Below the pieces are notes generated by a model. The model was not told where the DNA came from, ran no database searches, and was given only the letters and a program-made list of their open reading frames with translations. Shown here one piece after another: positions 1 through 8,214 of a stretch of 25,177 nt of DNA. The stretch is from a virus. Lineage: Duplodnaviria; Caudoviricetes. The DNA is taken from positions 1-25,177 of IMG/VR virus record IMGVR_UViG_3300032279_000322; one strand, 5' to 3'. Position 1 is the stretch's first letter, and the number at the start of each line of letters is the position of its first letter. The position numbers were made by a program, and so were the translations under genes.

Positions 1-1
1 C

Positions 2-412
2 ACATCTGGAACTGCAAAGGGAGACCAACGCAATGGTGGTATGTGCGTAGAGAAGACTCGTGCATATGTTAAGAACAACAAGAAAAAGTTAGTAAATGCT
101 GTAGTTGGTTGGGGTCGTCCAGTTTATTCTGGCGAAGAAAACCTTCCACTACTTTCAAAGGTAGGATCATCTGATGTTCCAGTAAAGGCTTCAGTTCCTG
201 TTGCAAGCGTTGTTAAGAGTGAGTTTAAGCCATTTAAGGTTGGTGCTAAAGGATCTTCAGTAAAGAAGATTCAGCAAGCACTTGGAGTAACTGCAGATGG
301 AGATTTTGGTACAGGAACAGACAAGGCAGTAAAGGATTTCCAAAAGAAGTCTAAGTTGCCTGTTACTGGTATAGTAGACATTACAACATATAAGAAAATT
401 TTGGGGGCATAA
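2..412 (+). CDS. Endolysin, 5'-truncated (end of CHAP-like domain plus C-terminal peptidoglycan-binding domain)
   Basis: Frame is open from the window start (TSGTAKGDQRNGGM...GWGRP, CHAP-like end). The C-terminus GSSVKKIQQALG..ADGDFGTGTDKAVKDFQK..LPVTGIVD is typical of PG_binding_1. Confidence 0.85.
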   Translation, partial: TSGTAKGDQRNGGMCVEKTRAYVKNNKKKLVNAVVGWGRPVYSGEENLPLLSKVGSSDVPVKASVPVASVVKSEFKPFKVGAKGSSVKKIQQALGVTADGDFGTGTDKAVKDFQKKSKLPVTGIVDITTYKKILGA

Positions 413-613
413 ATGGAATCAACAAAAAGAACACTAATGAAGACAGCAAGTTGGGAAACATTTCACCTTGTTGGAGTTGCTGGAGTTATCTATCTTTTTA
501 CTGGTGAATGGGAGTATGCCTCATTAGGTGCACTTCTTTACATTGGATGGGAAGCACTTGGATACTTTATTCATGAAAGAGTATGGGCAAAATTTGGCAA
601 GGGGGTAAAGTAA
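413..613 (+). CDS. DUF2061-family small membrane protein (copy 1)
   Basis: ES.KRTL.KT.SW ... Y.IHERVW.K signature with hydrophobic middle. Confidence 0.8.
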   Translation: MESTKRTLMKTASWETFHLVGVAGVIYLFTGEWEYASLGALLYIGWEALGYFIHERVWAKFGKGVK

Positions 614-717
614 TGCGTATTAGGATTATTAAGTTTGTAGTAAAGGCTCTTGGATATGAATGGGGCGGAGATGCTCTTAAAGCACCAATCTGGACAGTAA
701 AAGCGAAGAAGAAGTAA
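613..717 (+). CDS. Small hypothetical protein (34 aa, MRIRIIKFVVKALGYEWGG...)
   Basis: Not in the ORF track. TAATG overlap with the upstream gene; fills the gap exactly up to the GTG at 718. Confidence 0.65.
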   Translation: MRIRIIKFVVKALGYEWGGDALKAPIWTVKAKKK

Positions 718-1440
718 GTGTTTACCACTACTGATATTGTTTTTAATTCTGTACCAAGATCTGGTAATAACTTTTTAGCACAGTGTATCGATAGTGCACT
801 GACTAAAAATATTAGTCATGAAAAGAATTTAAAAAAATTACCAAATAAAACACTTGTTTTAAGTCACAATAAAGCATTTATTGTTCATCCATTTTTTCAT
901 ATACCATCTATGTTAAAGTTAGAACAGTCTGACCGTCTTATTCAGTTTACAAATGTAAGAACTCCAATGGATGTTATTAAGTCTTATTGCTTTACTGCAC
1001 TCTCTAATGCAGAAAATGAAGAAACAATAGAAAATGTGGTAAACGGAGAACATTATAATTTTAAAGGAATTATCAAAAGCATAATTGACGATTATTTTGC
1101 TTATTTAACTATACAAATACAAAATAAAAATGCTTTTGTAATTGAGTTTGATAAATTAATTAATGATCCCGACAGTATAATTAGTTTTATTTTATCAAAG
1201 ATGGATCTAAAATATGAAAACAAAGTTTCAGCAGAAGAAACATTGAGTGTAATTAAAAATAGAGATCATAACAATTTTGGCAGCCTACCAAATCAGTTAG
1301 TTGCAAAGATGAGGCATCACGGTCCTCACGATATTCAAAAAACAAAACTATATGAAAATCTAACTGAACAAATAGAAAATGAAGAAAATTTTTCAGAATT
1401 AAAAACACTTTATCTTGAGGTATCTAATGCCAGTATATGA
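718..1440 (+). CDS. Sulfotransferase-like P-loop protein (paralog 1)
   Basis: 5'-PSB loop NSVPRSGNNFL, 3'-PB motif VRTPMDVIKS, IEFDKL. Confidence 0.75.
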   Translation: MFTTTDIVFNSVPRSGNNFLAQCIDSALTKNISHEKNLKKLPNKTLVLSHNKAFIVHPFFHIPSMLKLEQSDRLIQFTNVRTPMDVIKSYCFTALSNAENEETIENVVNGEHYNFKGIIKSIIDDYFAYLTIQIQNKNAFVIEFDKLINDPDSIISFILSKMDLKYENKVSAEETLSVIKNRDHNNFGSLPNQLVAKMRHHGPHDIQKTKLYENLTEQIENEENFSELKTLYLEVSNASI

Positions 1441-1612
1441 GTATGATTGCATGCCTTGTGCACAAAGGTATATTAAAGAAAGGTCTATTGAGGATAGTGA
1501 TCCTGGGTACAGTTGTGAAAGTTGCAATTCTCCTTTAGTTCGTGTATACTCTAATGTAGGAACAGTTTTTAACGGTAGTGGATTTTATTCCACAGATAAT
1601 AGAAAGCGGTAG
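1427..1612 (+). CDS. FmdB-family zinc-ribbon protein
   Basis: MPVYEYDCxxC...CxxC...RVYS..G..F.GSGFYSTD; start moved to the MP at 1427. Confidence 0.85.
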   Translation: MPVYEYDCMPCAQRYIKERSIEDSDPGYSCESCNSPLVRVYSNVGTVFNGSGFYSTDNRKR

Positions 1613-1625
1613 TATAATGTTTACA

Positions 1626-1844
1626 ATGATCAAAGATGATGTTAAGCAAGATTGGTTACTATCACCTTTAGATAGATGTGATAGATGTAATGCTGAAGCC
1701 TTGGTTAAGGTTACTGGTATTAGTGGAGAGTTGTTATTTTGTGGTCACCACTATAATAAGATCATGGCTATTCCAGACGGATATAACAGCATGATGTCTT
1801 TTATGATTAGCATTGTTGATGAAAGGTCTAAACTAAGTGAATGA
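1626..1844 (+). CDS. Actinobacterial-type small zinc-binding protein
   Basis: LSPLDRCDRC.AEA.V....GELLFCGHH; TATAAT at 1613-1618 suggests a leaderless start at 1626 (1617 is the alternative). Confidence 0.7.
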   Translation: MIKDDVKQDWLLSPLDRCDRCNAEALVKVTGISGELLFCGHHYNKIMAIPDGYNSMMSFMISIVDERSKLSE

Positions 1845-2481
1845 TTTTTTTATTGAGGATGATTCCTTTTTAACCAACGAAGAGCAAGATGAGTTTTTAA
1901 GAAGAATATTTTCTGATGAAAGTGAGTTGTACGGCAAACTTAATTGGACTCCAGAGAGTATACTGTCTATAATTAATTTAGAAAAAACAAATGACAAGAG
2001 TTGGCCTTGGAAAAAATCACCATTGGCATATATCAATGATACAAAGTCTGAACCATATTTTCAGTTTATATTAAGACCTGATTTTGAATTAGTTGCATAT
2101 GTTTTTGAAAAGTTTTGCATAAAACACAACATAAGATATGATAAAATTTTAAGAGTTAAAATAAACATACTTACAAGAGCACACAAAGATAAAGAAGAGC
2201 GAAACTTTCCACATGTTGACGCAAGTGATAATCATCTAGTATTTCTTTATTATTTTAATGACTCTGATGGAGATACACATATTTATAATACAAACATCGA
2301 TGATGTTGTAGGAACATCTGGTAACTTTGGAGACTTAGAGGTTTTGCATTCCGTATCCCCAGTTGCTGGTAAGGGTGTTGTTTTTAGTGGAAAACAACTA
2401 CATAGTGGCAATCAGCCTAAAGATCATAATTTTAGATTGTTGCTAAATCTTTGCTTTACACTAAAAAAGGACGATAAATAA
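1837..2481 (+). CDS. 2OG-Fe(II) oxygenase-like protein
   Basis: HxD (PHVD), LYYFNDSDGDT, distal His (LHSG) and R..LN; phage-type DSBH oxygenase. Confidence 0.8.
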   Translation: MNDFFIEDDSFLTNEEQDEFLRRIFSDESELYGKLNWTPESILSIINLEKTNDKSWPWKKSPLAYINDTKSEPYFQFILRPDFELVAYVFEKFCIKHNIRYDKILRVKINILTRAHKDKEERNFPHVDASDNHLVFLYYFNDSDGDTHIYNTNIDDVVGTSGNFGDLEVLHSVSPVAGKGVVFSGKQLHSGNQPKDHNFRLLLNLCFTLKKDDK

Positions 2482-2482
2482 T

Positions 2483-2890
2483 ATGTATGAATACTATGTA
2501 AGAAAAGTAGAGAATGTTGTAGATGGAGATACCATTGATGTTCTTATTGATTTAGGTTTTGATATTTTGTTTTCATCCCGTGTAAGACTGGCTGGTATTG
2601 ATACACCTGAGTCTCGCACAAAGGATCTTGCTGAAAAGGCCCTTGGTCTTGAAGCCAAGGAGTACTTAAAGAAGTCTCTAAAAGATGCCAAGTCTGTTGT
2701 TATTAAGACTGAGAAGATGGATTCATCTGAAAAGTATGGTCGCATTTTGGGCTGGGTATATGTAGATGGCAATACTGTATCCCTTAATGACATGATGATC
2801 AATGACGGTTACGCATGGGGATATCTTGGAGATACCAAGGTTAAAGATTTTGGTGCCCTGGCTAAGGCTAGAAAAAAATCTGTTAAGTGA
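2483..2890 (+). CDS. Thermonuclease (SNase-like) family protein
   Basis: VVDGDTIDV..DLGF...RVRLAGIDTPE...KYGRILG...LND.M...GYA. Confidence 0.92.
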   Translation: MYEYYVRKVENVVDGDTIDVLIDLGFDILFSSRVRLAGIDTPESRTKDLAEKALGLEAKEYLKKSLKDAKSVVIKTEKMDSSEKYGRILGWVYVDGNTVSLNDMMINDGYAWGYLGDTKVKDFGALAKARKKSVK

Positions 2891-3108
2891 TTAATCCTAG
2901 AATAGAAGCCATGGTAGAGCACTTGTTGAATCAAGGTGCTATATCAATGCATAGTATTGATGATAATGGTGAGATGCTATACTCTGTTACTGATAAATTA
3001 AAGTTAGTCAATCCAGAACTTTATGAAGATCTAAAAGATCAATATGAAAATCATATGTTTGAGTTAATTGATATGGGACCAAAAACAATGAAATGGAAAA
3101 TAAGATAA
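2887..3108 (+). CDS. Hypothetical protein, paralog of the N-terminus of 3356-3685
   Basis: GTGA overlap; shares E.L...G......ID..GE.LY..TDKLK...PEL with the gene beyond the thioredoxin. Confidence 0.7.
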   Translation: MINPRIEAMVEHLLNQGAISMHSIDDNGEMLYSVTDKLKLVNPELYEDLKDQYENHMFELIDMGPKTMKWKIR

Positions 3109-3353
3109 TGAAGCATATACTTTATTTTACTGCTGATTGGTGCAATCCATGTGCAAGAACAAGGCCATTTGCCGAAGAATTAATTCAAGAGGGGTGTGAC
3201 ATTAAGTTTATTGATGCCGATACTGAAGTAGAACTTGTTAAAAATTTAGAGGTAAAAAGTATTCCAACTTTTATATTATTTCAAAACGGCCAAGAAATTT
3301 CAAGAATGAATGGTGCAAAAACCAAACAACAACTTTTAGATTTTTGGGGTTAA
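3108..3353 (+). CDS. Thioredoxin-family protein
   Basis: FTADWCNPC active site, cis-Pro motif SIPTF, R..GA; TAATG overlap sets the start at 3108. Confidence 0.9.
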   Translation: MKHILYFTADWCNPCARTRPFAEELIQEGCDIKFIDADTEVELVKNLEVKSIPTFILFQNGQEISRMNGAKTKQQLLDFWG

Positions 3354-3355
3354 TT

Positions 3356-3685
3356 TTGAACGAAGATAGGTTTATGGAAGAACTAATCTTAAATGGAAGC
3401 CTAGAGTTTTCTGGAATAGATCAAGAATCTGGAGAGGTTTTATATAGATTTACAGATAAACTTAAAGATTTTTCTCCAGAACTAAATAATGAGTCAAATT
3501 TATATTTTACTCAAGAAATGATGGAGTTATGGGAATATGGGTTTATTGAGATGGACATCACTGAAACAAATCCAATTGTCAGAATTACAGGAAAAGCATT
3601 AAATGATGAAGAAATTCAAAACTTAAAAACAAGCAATAGGCTAACTCTTAAAGAAATTATAAAATTTTTAAAGTCAAAAAAGTAG
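3356..3685 (+). CDS. Hypothetical protein (possibly winged-helix-like)
   Basis: Continuous ORF, start uncertain (3344/3356/3374); MELWEYGFIEM..TGKA. Confidence 0.65.
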   Translation: MNEDRFMEELILNGSLEFSGIDQESGEVLYRFTDKLKDFSPELNNESNLYFTQEMMELWEYGFIEMDITETNPIVRITGKALNDEEIQNLKTSNRLTLKEIIKFLKSKK

Positions 3686-3706
3686 TATAATGTATTTAGG
3701 AGAAAA

Positions 3707-4138
3707 ATGGAATACTTACTTGGATCTTTTACTACTTTTGCCTTGTTAATATTTTTTAGCATGTTATTTAAAAATAGTATAAGCAAAAATAGTATAAACA
3801 AAAATAGCACTAAGTATACCCAAAGTCATATCTTTATGCACATAAAACCGCTTCTACCAGAAGATATGTCAAATATCAAAAAAATAAAAAATACTCAATC
3901 ATTAGATTATGAAAAAAAGATCAATGTTAAGATAATTATACTTGACAACTACGCCTATTGGATTAAAGAAAATCAATTTTACAAGGCAGAGGTAGTAAAC
4001 AATTTAATAGATCCAGGTACTACAACTACAGTTGACACAATAGGTATGGATAGTATACAATTAGATAAGATGTTGTTTATAATGGATAAACTTAGAGAAG
4101 GGTTAGATAATGATAGTGGGAGTACAAGGAACCAGTAG
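3707..4138 (+). CDS. Hypothetical protein with N-terminal TM helix
   Basis: TATAAT at 3686-3691 and AGGAG RBS; hydrophobic N-terminus. Confidence 0.75.
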   Translation: MEYLLGSFTTFALLIFFSMLFKNSISKNSINKNSTKYTQSHIFMHIKPLLPEDMSNIKKIKNTQSLDYEKKINVKIIILDNYAYWIKENQFYKAEVVNNLIDPGTTTTVDTIGMDSIQLDKMLFIMDKLREGLDNDSGSTRNQ

Positions 4139-4460
4139 TTTTGAAGACTACAAGGTTTTCCTTAGAGCAATTGGTGTTGCTCTTTCTAATCTTACAGATC
4201 AAGACGAACACTTTTATATTTATTCTGCTGGGCCAGCAAACATCAATTCAATGGTAAGTGAGTTTGTAAATCTATCTGAACGAAGCATGAAGTCTCGTGG
4301 TAAAAAAATTAAGATGTATAAAGTTGCACCATCTTGGATAAGTAAAAATTTTGAAGAGTTTAACTATTTTGCTTTTTTGTCAAAGCCGAATGAGCCAAGG
4401 ACAAAACTAGTATATGAAGCACAAGAAAAAAATATTGAACTAGGAATATTCAACTACTAA
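4110..4460 (+). CDS. Hypothetical protein, possibly SLOG/YspA-like
   Basis: IVGVQGTSSFEDY resembles the I.GSR.F.DY start of SLOG-family proteins. Confidence 0.55.
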   Translation: MIVGVQGTSSFEDYKVFLRAIGVALSNLTDQDEHFYIYSAGPANINSMVSEFVNLSERSMKSRGKKIKMYKVAPSWISKNFEEFNYFAFLSKPNEPRTKLVYEAQEKNIELGIFNY

Positions 4461-4471
4461 AAGGATAAAAA

Positions 4472-4681
4472 ATGAAGATTACAGAACTAGAAAAAATGGA
4501 AACCATAGTAAAGAATAACAAGTTTCTTACTTGGGATGGTTGGACAGTTGTTAGCATGCACCCTGCAGATAATGCAAGGACTTCTAAAAATGGCAAATAT
4601 TTTAATGGAAAGTGGAACATTTCAAAAAGATTTGAGCCAAGCAGAGATGGCTGGGATATACCAGACAAGTTTGTTAGGTAG
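4472..4681 (+). CDS. Hypothetical phage protein
   Basis: AGGA RBS; WDGWTVV...G.Y.NGKW. Confidence 0.7.
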   Translation: MKITELEKMETIVKNNKFLTWDGWTVVSMHPADNARTSKNGKYFNGKWNISKRFEPSRDGWDIPDKFVR

Positions 4682-4683
4682 AA

Positions 4684-4968
4684 ATGAATAGACATGCATG
4701 GAAAGATGATGGGTCTTGCTTTGAGTATGACACAAATATATTTTTTGAAAAATATGAAGATGAAGTTGATTTAAGGTTAGCAATAGATAAACTATGCTCT
4801 GCTTGCCCTGTTTCAAAAACTTGCTTTGCATATGGAATTTCTGGAAAAGAATGGGGTGTTTGGGGCGGTATATATTTAGAAAATGGTATTATTTCAAAAG
4901 AGTTTAATTCTCATAAAGAGAAACAAGACTGGGCAAATACCTGGCAATATTTAACGATGGATCAATAA
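4684..4968 (+). CDS. whiB: WhiB-family Fe-S transcription factor
   Basis: Four Cys (C...CxxCPVxxxC) and the G[V/I]WGG turn (EWGVWGG). Confidence 0.92.
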   Translation: MNRHAWKDDGSCFEYDTNIFFEKYEDEVDLRLAIDKLCSACPVSKTCFAYGISGKEWGVWGGIYLENGIISKEFNSHKEKQDWANTWQYLTMDQ

Positions 4969-4969
4969 T

Positions 4970-5179
4970 ATGTGGTCATGGATATTAGCAGTAATAGGTA
5001 TTTGTGGAATTTTTTTAGTTGGCCAAAAAACAATATGGGGCTGGCTAATTTTATGCGTTAATGAAGTATTATGGATCGCCTATGGGCTATCTACCAAACA
5101 GTATGGCTTCATCGCCATGGCTATTGCTTATGCTACAATATACATAAGATCTTACATACATTGGAGAAAAGAAGTATGA
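4970..5179 (+). CDS. Small 3-TM membrane protein (PnuC half / SemiSWEET-like)
   Basis: Three hydrophobic segments, K.IWGW...N..LW..YG...QYG...Y..W; ATGA overlap with the kinase gene. Confidence 0.55.
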   Translation: MWSWILAVIGICGIFLVGQKTIWGWLILCVNEVLWIAYGLSTKQYGFIAMAIAYATIYIRSYIHWRKEV

Positions 5180-5943
5180 TTATTCAGTTTATTGGCCTAC
5201 CAGGCTCAGGCAAGACAACAATTGCAGATGCAGTTAGAGAAAGAACAAACGGAATACATGTTAATGCTGATCAAGTAAGGGCTGGCTTAAATAAAGATTT
5301 AGGTTTTAGCCCAGAAGATAGAATTGAACAGGCACGAAGAATGGGAGAACTTGCTAGACTTCTTGAAAAGATTCAAGATAAGCCAGTTATTGTTGATTTT
5401 GTTTGTCCAACAAAAGAAACCCGTGAGGCTTTTGGTGAGGCAGATGTTGTTGTATGGATGGACACCATTCAAGAAGGTCGTTTTGAAGATACAAATAAAT
5501 TGTGGGAAGATCCAGAACACTATGACCATAGGATAGTTAATACTGGTGATGATTATGAAGATTCAATTCCAACAAGAGCAATTACAGTTATTCGTAAATT
5601 TGGAATGTTTGATTGGAAAGAAAATACAGTTCTTTTATTAGGTCGTTATCAACCGTGGCATGAAGGGCATAGAGCGTTGTATGATGAGGCTGCAAAGCGC
5701 AATACGCAAGTTGTAATTGGTGTAAGACATACCGTTGGAATGTCAGAAAAAGACCCTCTTCACTTCGAACAAGTTCGTGACTATATTCATCAAGATATGC
5801 CTGCAGCAAATGTAATCAAAGTTCCTAACATTACTAACATTGTCTATGGTCGTGATGTAGGATACAAGATTGAACAAGTAGATTTGGGAGCAGACATTCA
5901 TGCTATTTCTGCTACGCAAAAACGTAAAGAGATGGGCATATAA
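5176..5943 (+). CDS. cysC: Adenylylsulfate (APS) kinase fused to a C-terminal HxGH nucleotidyltransferase (PAPS-synthase-like)
   Basis: GLPGSGKTT; ADQVRAGLNKDLGFSPEDRIEQARRMGELA (CysC signature); C-domain GRYQPWHEGH, YGRD, ISAT..R; start 5176 by ATGA overlap. Confidence 0.88.
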   Translation: MIIQFIGLPGSGKTTIADAVRERTNGIHVNADQVRAGLNKDLGFSPEDRIEQARRMGELARLLEKIQDKPVIVDFVCPTKETREAFGEADVVVWMDTIQEGRFEDTNKLWEDPEHYDHRIVNTGDDYEDSIPTRAITVIRKFGMFDWKENTVLLLGRYQPWHEGHRALYDEAAKRNTQVVIGVRHTVGMSEKDPLHFEQVRDYIHQDMPAANVIKVPNITNIVYGRDVGYKIEQVDLGADIHAISATQKRKEMGI

Positions 5944-6045
5944 ATGGTAGTAAACATTATCGCTATTGTAGTTTCTTTAATGGTTGCTGGATTTATGGTT
6001 TATTTTATTAGTAAGTATGGTGGCGAAATAGATGAACGTAAGTAA
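5944..6045 (+). CDS. Small single-TM protein (33 aa)
   Basis: MVVNIIAIVVSLMVAGFMVYFISKYGGEIDERK fills the gap after the kinase gene; not in the ORF track. Confidence 0.55.
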   Translation: MVVNIIAIVVSLMVAGFMVYFISKYGGEIDERK

Positions 6046-6235
6046 ACAAAGATCAGCATTAAAATCAATTACTTGGCGTATCATTGGTACAGCAGATACT
6101 TTTGTAATATCTTGGGCAATAACCAAAGAGCCAGTTACGGCTGGTGCAATCGCAAGTTTCGAGGTATTTACAAAGACAATCCTTTATTACTTCCATGAGC
6201 GTGGTTGGAATAAAGTTAAATGGGGTAGAAAGTAA
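6032..6235 (+). CDS. DUF2061-family small membrane protein (copy 2)
   Basis: RS.LKSITWRIIGT.DT....KT.LYYFHER.W. Confidence 0.9.
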   Translation: MNVSKQRSALKSITWRIIGTADTFVISWAITKEPVTAGAIASFEVFTKTILYYFHERGWNKVKWGRK

Positions 6236-6471
6236 TGTATACAGACCAAATGAAAAGAGCCTTTAGATCCATTCATGCACCTAAAAACTTTAACCTTACA
6301 TTGGTAGACAATGATAATTTTATTACTGTAAAAGCCAGTGAGCCACAGTTTATGAGGCTAACAGTTGAGGATCGAGTTGCTGCCGTAGAATACATGATTC
6401 GTGTAAAAAAAGCCTTAGAAGATAATGGTGCAATAGTATTGCTAGTAAGAGAGGGAGGAAAAGAACTATGA
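6235..6471 (+). CDS. Hypothetical phage protein
   Basis: TAATG overlap upstream and ATGA overlap downstream. Confidence 0.75.
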   Translation: MYTDQMKRAFRSIHAPKNFNLTLVDNDNFITVKASEPQFMRLTVEDRVAAVEYMIRVKKALEDNGAIVLLVREGGKEL

Positions 6472-6854
6472 TTTTTGATTATATTGTTTTTACTATGTTT
6501 ATTTCCATTTTTATTTTTTTAATTTTCCAATTGTTTATAACAAGGTTTGCATTAACAAAAACAAGAAGTGAACTTGTTCAATCAAATCTAAACAATACTA
6601 TTGTTCTCGATAAAATTCAAATTGAAAACAGCAAGTCTTTTTTAAACTTTGTTGAAGGTTCAAGACAAGATGCATTTAAATACATCGAAGAGGTTCAAAG
6701 TGGTCTAAACAAGTTTATTAAAGATATTGAGCCAGAAATTAAATATTTTAAAGAATATGGAGACTTGACATCGATGTCGCCAAACTACTACTCTATGAAG
6801 AAAATTACTGATTCCTATGATCAGTTGAAGCAACTACTACCAAAGGAAGACTAA
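6468..6854 (+). CDS. Hypothetical membrane-anchored, coiled-coil-like protein
   Basis: N-terminal TM; GGAGG RBS; overlapping junctions. Confidence 0.7.
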   Translation: MIFDYIVFTMFISIFIFLIFQLFITRFALTKTRSELVQSNLNNTIVLDKIQIENSKSFLNFVEGSRQDAFKYIEEVQSGLNKFIKDIEPEIKYFKEYGDLTSMSPNYYSMKKITDSYDQLKQLLPKED

Positions 6855-7012
6855 TGAAAGAAATTATTTTATCAATACTAACAGGTTTTGGGTGCGGTGT
6901 CGTGTTCGCAGCATTCAAATTGCCAGTGCCAGCACCACCAGTTTTTGCGGGACTCGCAGGAATTATTGGTATTTGGCTTGGGGCAACAATACTAACACAA
7001 ATTATATCCTAG
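6854..7012 (+). CDS. XapX-domain (DUF1427-like) small membrane protein, 52 aa
   Basis: MKEIILSILTGFGCGVVFAAFKLPVPAPPVFAGLAGIIGIWLG: LPxPAPP between two TM helices; not in the ORF track. Confidence 0.8.
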   Translation: MKEIILSILTGFGCGVVFAAFKLPVPAPPVFAGLAGIIGIWLGATILTQIIS

Positions 7013-7020
7013 GAGGAATA

Positions 7021-7296
7021 ATGAATAACATACTAAACGATAAGACAAAAGCAATGCTTGCATCATACGGACGATCAGTATTGGGTGCAGCACTTGCACT
7101 ATACATGTCTGGCGTAACTGATCCAAAGACTCTTGCATACTCATTGGTTGCAGCAATTGCACCAGTAGCATTAAGAGCACTTAATCCAAATGACACAGCA
7201 TTTGGTCGTCTTCCAGAAGTAGCAGAAGTAGATGCTGCAGTTAAGAAGGCAACAGTTAAGAAGGCTCCTGCAAAGAAAGCAGTTGCAAAGAAGTAA
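7021..7296 (+). CDS. Holin-like membrane protein with Lys/Ala-rich tail
   Basis: AGGAGG RBS at 7011-7016; SYGRS.L.A.LA..,A..PV.LR.LNP.D.AFG two-TM pattern; basic tail KKAPAKKAVAKK. Confidence 0.6.
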   Translation: MNNILNDKTKAMLASYGRSVLGAALALYMSGVTDPKTLAYSLVAAIAPVALRALNPNDTAFGRLPEVAEVDAAVKKATVKKAPAKKAVAKK

Positions 7297-7305
7297 TATA
7301 AAAAT

Positions 7306-7345
7306 AAATAGGCTAGGAGAATAAAACCTCTTAGCCTATTTTTTT
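7306..7345. terminator. Bidirectional intrinsic terminator
   Basis: AAATAGGCTAGGAG / CTCTTAGCCTATTT stem flanked by A and T tracts between convergent genes. Confidence 0.8.
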
Positions 7346-8045
7346 ATTTAATCTCAGATATATACTTTAAATCTGTTTTATATGGGCTTGGTAGATCTTT
7401 AAGTCTCAAACTTCTTTCGGTTTGTGTTATGTTTGAAAGGAAAGATACGATTGTATATCTTGGATTGCCAGGACCAATATCAGTAATTCTATGTTCGTAA
7501 ATATATGAAGATGGGAATATTATAAGTTGATTTGCTTTTGGTTTAACCTTTGCACCAAAATGAATAAATTCAAGTTCTCCGCCTTCGTAGTCATCATTTG
7601 GATAATATACCATAGATACTGTTCTTGGAGTTCCATATGAATCGTCAGGGTGCATTCCAAAATAATCTCCATCGGTATACTTACTGATTCTCCACTCTTC
7701 CCTGCTTTTTGGATCTAGATCATAATGCCATAAATAAGAGTCTATAACTTCTTCAAAAGCGTTAGCAATAAGTGCAGCACCTTGAGGATCTTGATGTCTT
7801 TTTACCCATGTACTTACTCCACGCTTTCCAACCTCTTTTGGAATCTTATTGCCTTCAGAGTCAACAATATAATCCTCTCTAACGAAAGATCCCTTGTCTT
7901 CTAGTTGCTTCATAAAATCCATTCCCTGATCCCAAACATTATCATAAATGTGTATTCCAGGGGCAAGCAATGTATATTTAAATTGATTAAACTTTCTGCT
8001 TTCTGTAATGCTATTTTTTTCATTTTCAAGTTTACGTGAATCCAT
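7344..8045 (-). CDS. Prolyl-4-hydroxylase-like 2OG-Fe(II) oxygenase
   Basis: KY..GD.F.MHPD, R.VS.VYY.NDDYEGGELEF, FPS.Y.YEH.I, RY.IV. Confidence 0.9.
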   Translation of the reverse strand: MDSRKLENEKNSITESRKFNQFKYTLLAPGIHIYDNVWDQGMDFMKQLEDKGSFVREDYIVDSEGNKIPKEVGKRGVSTWVKRHQDPQGAALIANAFEEVIDSYLWHYDLDPKSREEWRISKYTDGDYFGMHPDDSYGTPRTVSMVYYPNDDYEGGELEFIHFGAKVKPKANQLIIFPSSYIYEHRITDIGPGNPRYTIVSFLSNITQTERSLRLKDLPSPYKTDLKYISEIK

Positions 8046-8160
8046 ACCTTCTCCTCTGATAGATAGAAACTTAATTCAATTATAGCATATGATATAATAG
8101 TATATAACTTTTCCAAATAGGAAAAATGTCGGGGGAGACAGCGACACTAAATAACTGGTA

Positions 8161-8191
8161 TAGTCCTGAGCATGACTGTAAAAAACTGCTC
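8161..8191 (+). ncRNA. H-type pseudoknot element, copy A
   Basis: TAGTC-CT-GAGCA-T-GACTG-TAAAAAAC-TGCTC; four covarying copies in the window. Confidence 0.65.
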
Positions 8192-8214
8192 ATTTGTTAT
8201 GCTATAATGATTAC

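Noticed and set aside
5071-5175. N-terminal extension of the APS-kinase ORF
   Set aside because: Overlaps the upstream membrane gene; the ATGA overlap at 5176 and the P-loop position fix the start.
6892-7020. Long N-terminus of the holin-like ORF
   Set aside because: The region encodes the XapX-like gene in another frame, and AGGAGG precedes the ATG at 7021.
8161-8191. Pseudoknot as a hammerhead or HDV/theta ribozyme, or a preQ1/SAM-II riboswitch
   Set aside because: Lacks the CUGANGA/GAAA core with three stems, the HDV P3/L3 elements and the riboswitch consensus residues; it is also not positioned over an RBS.
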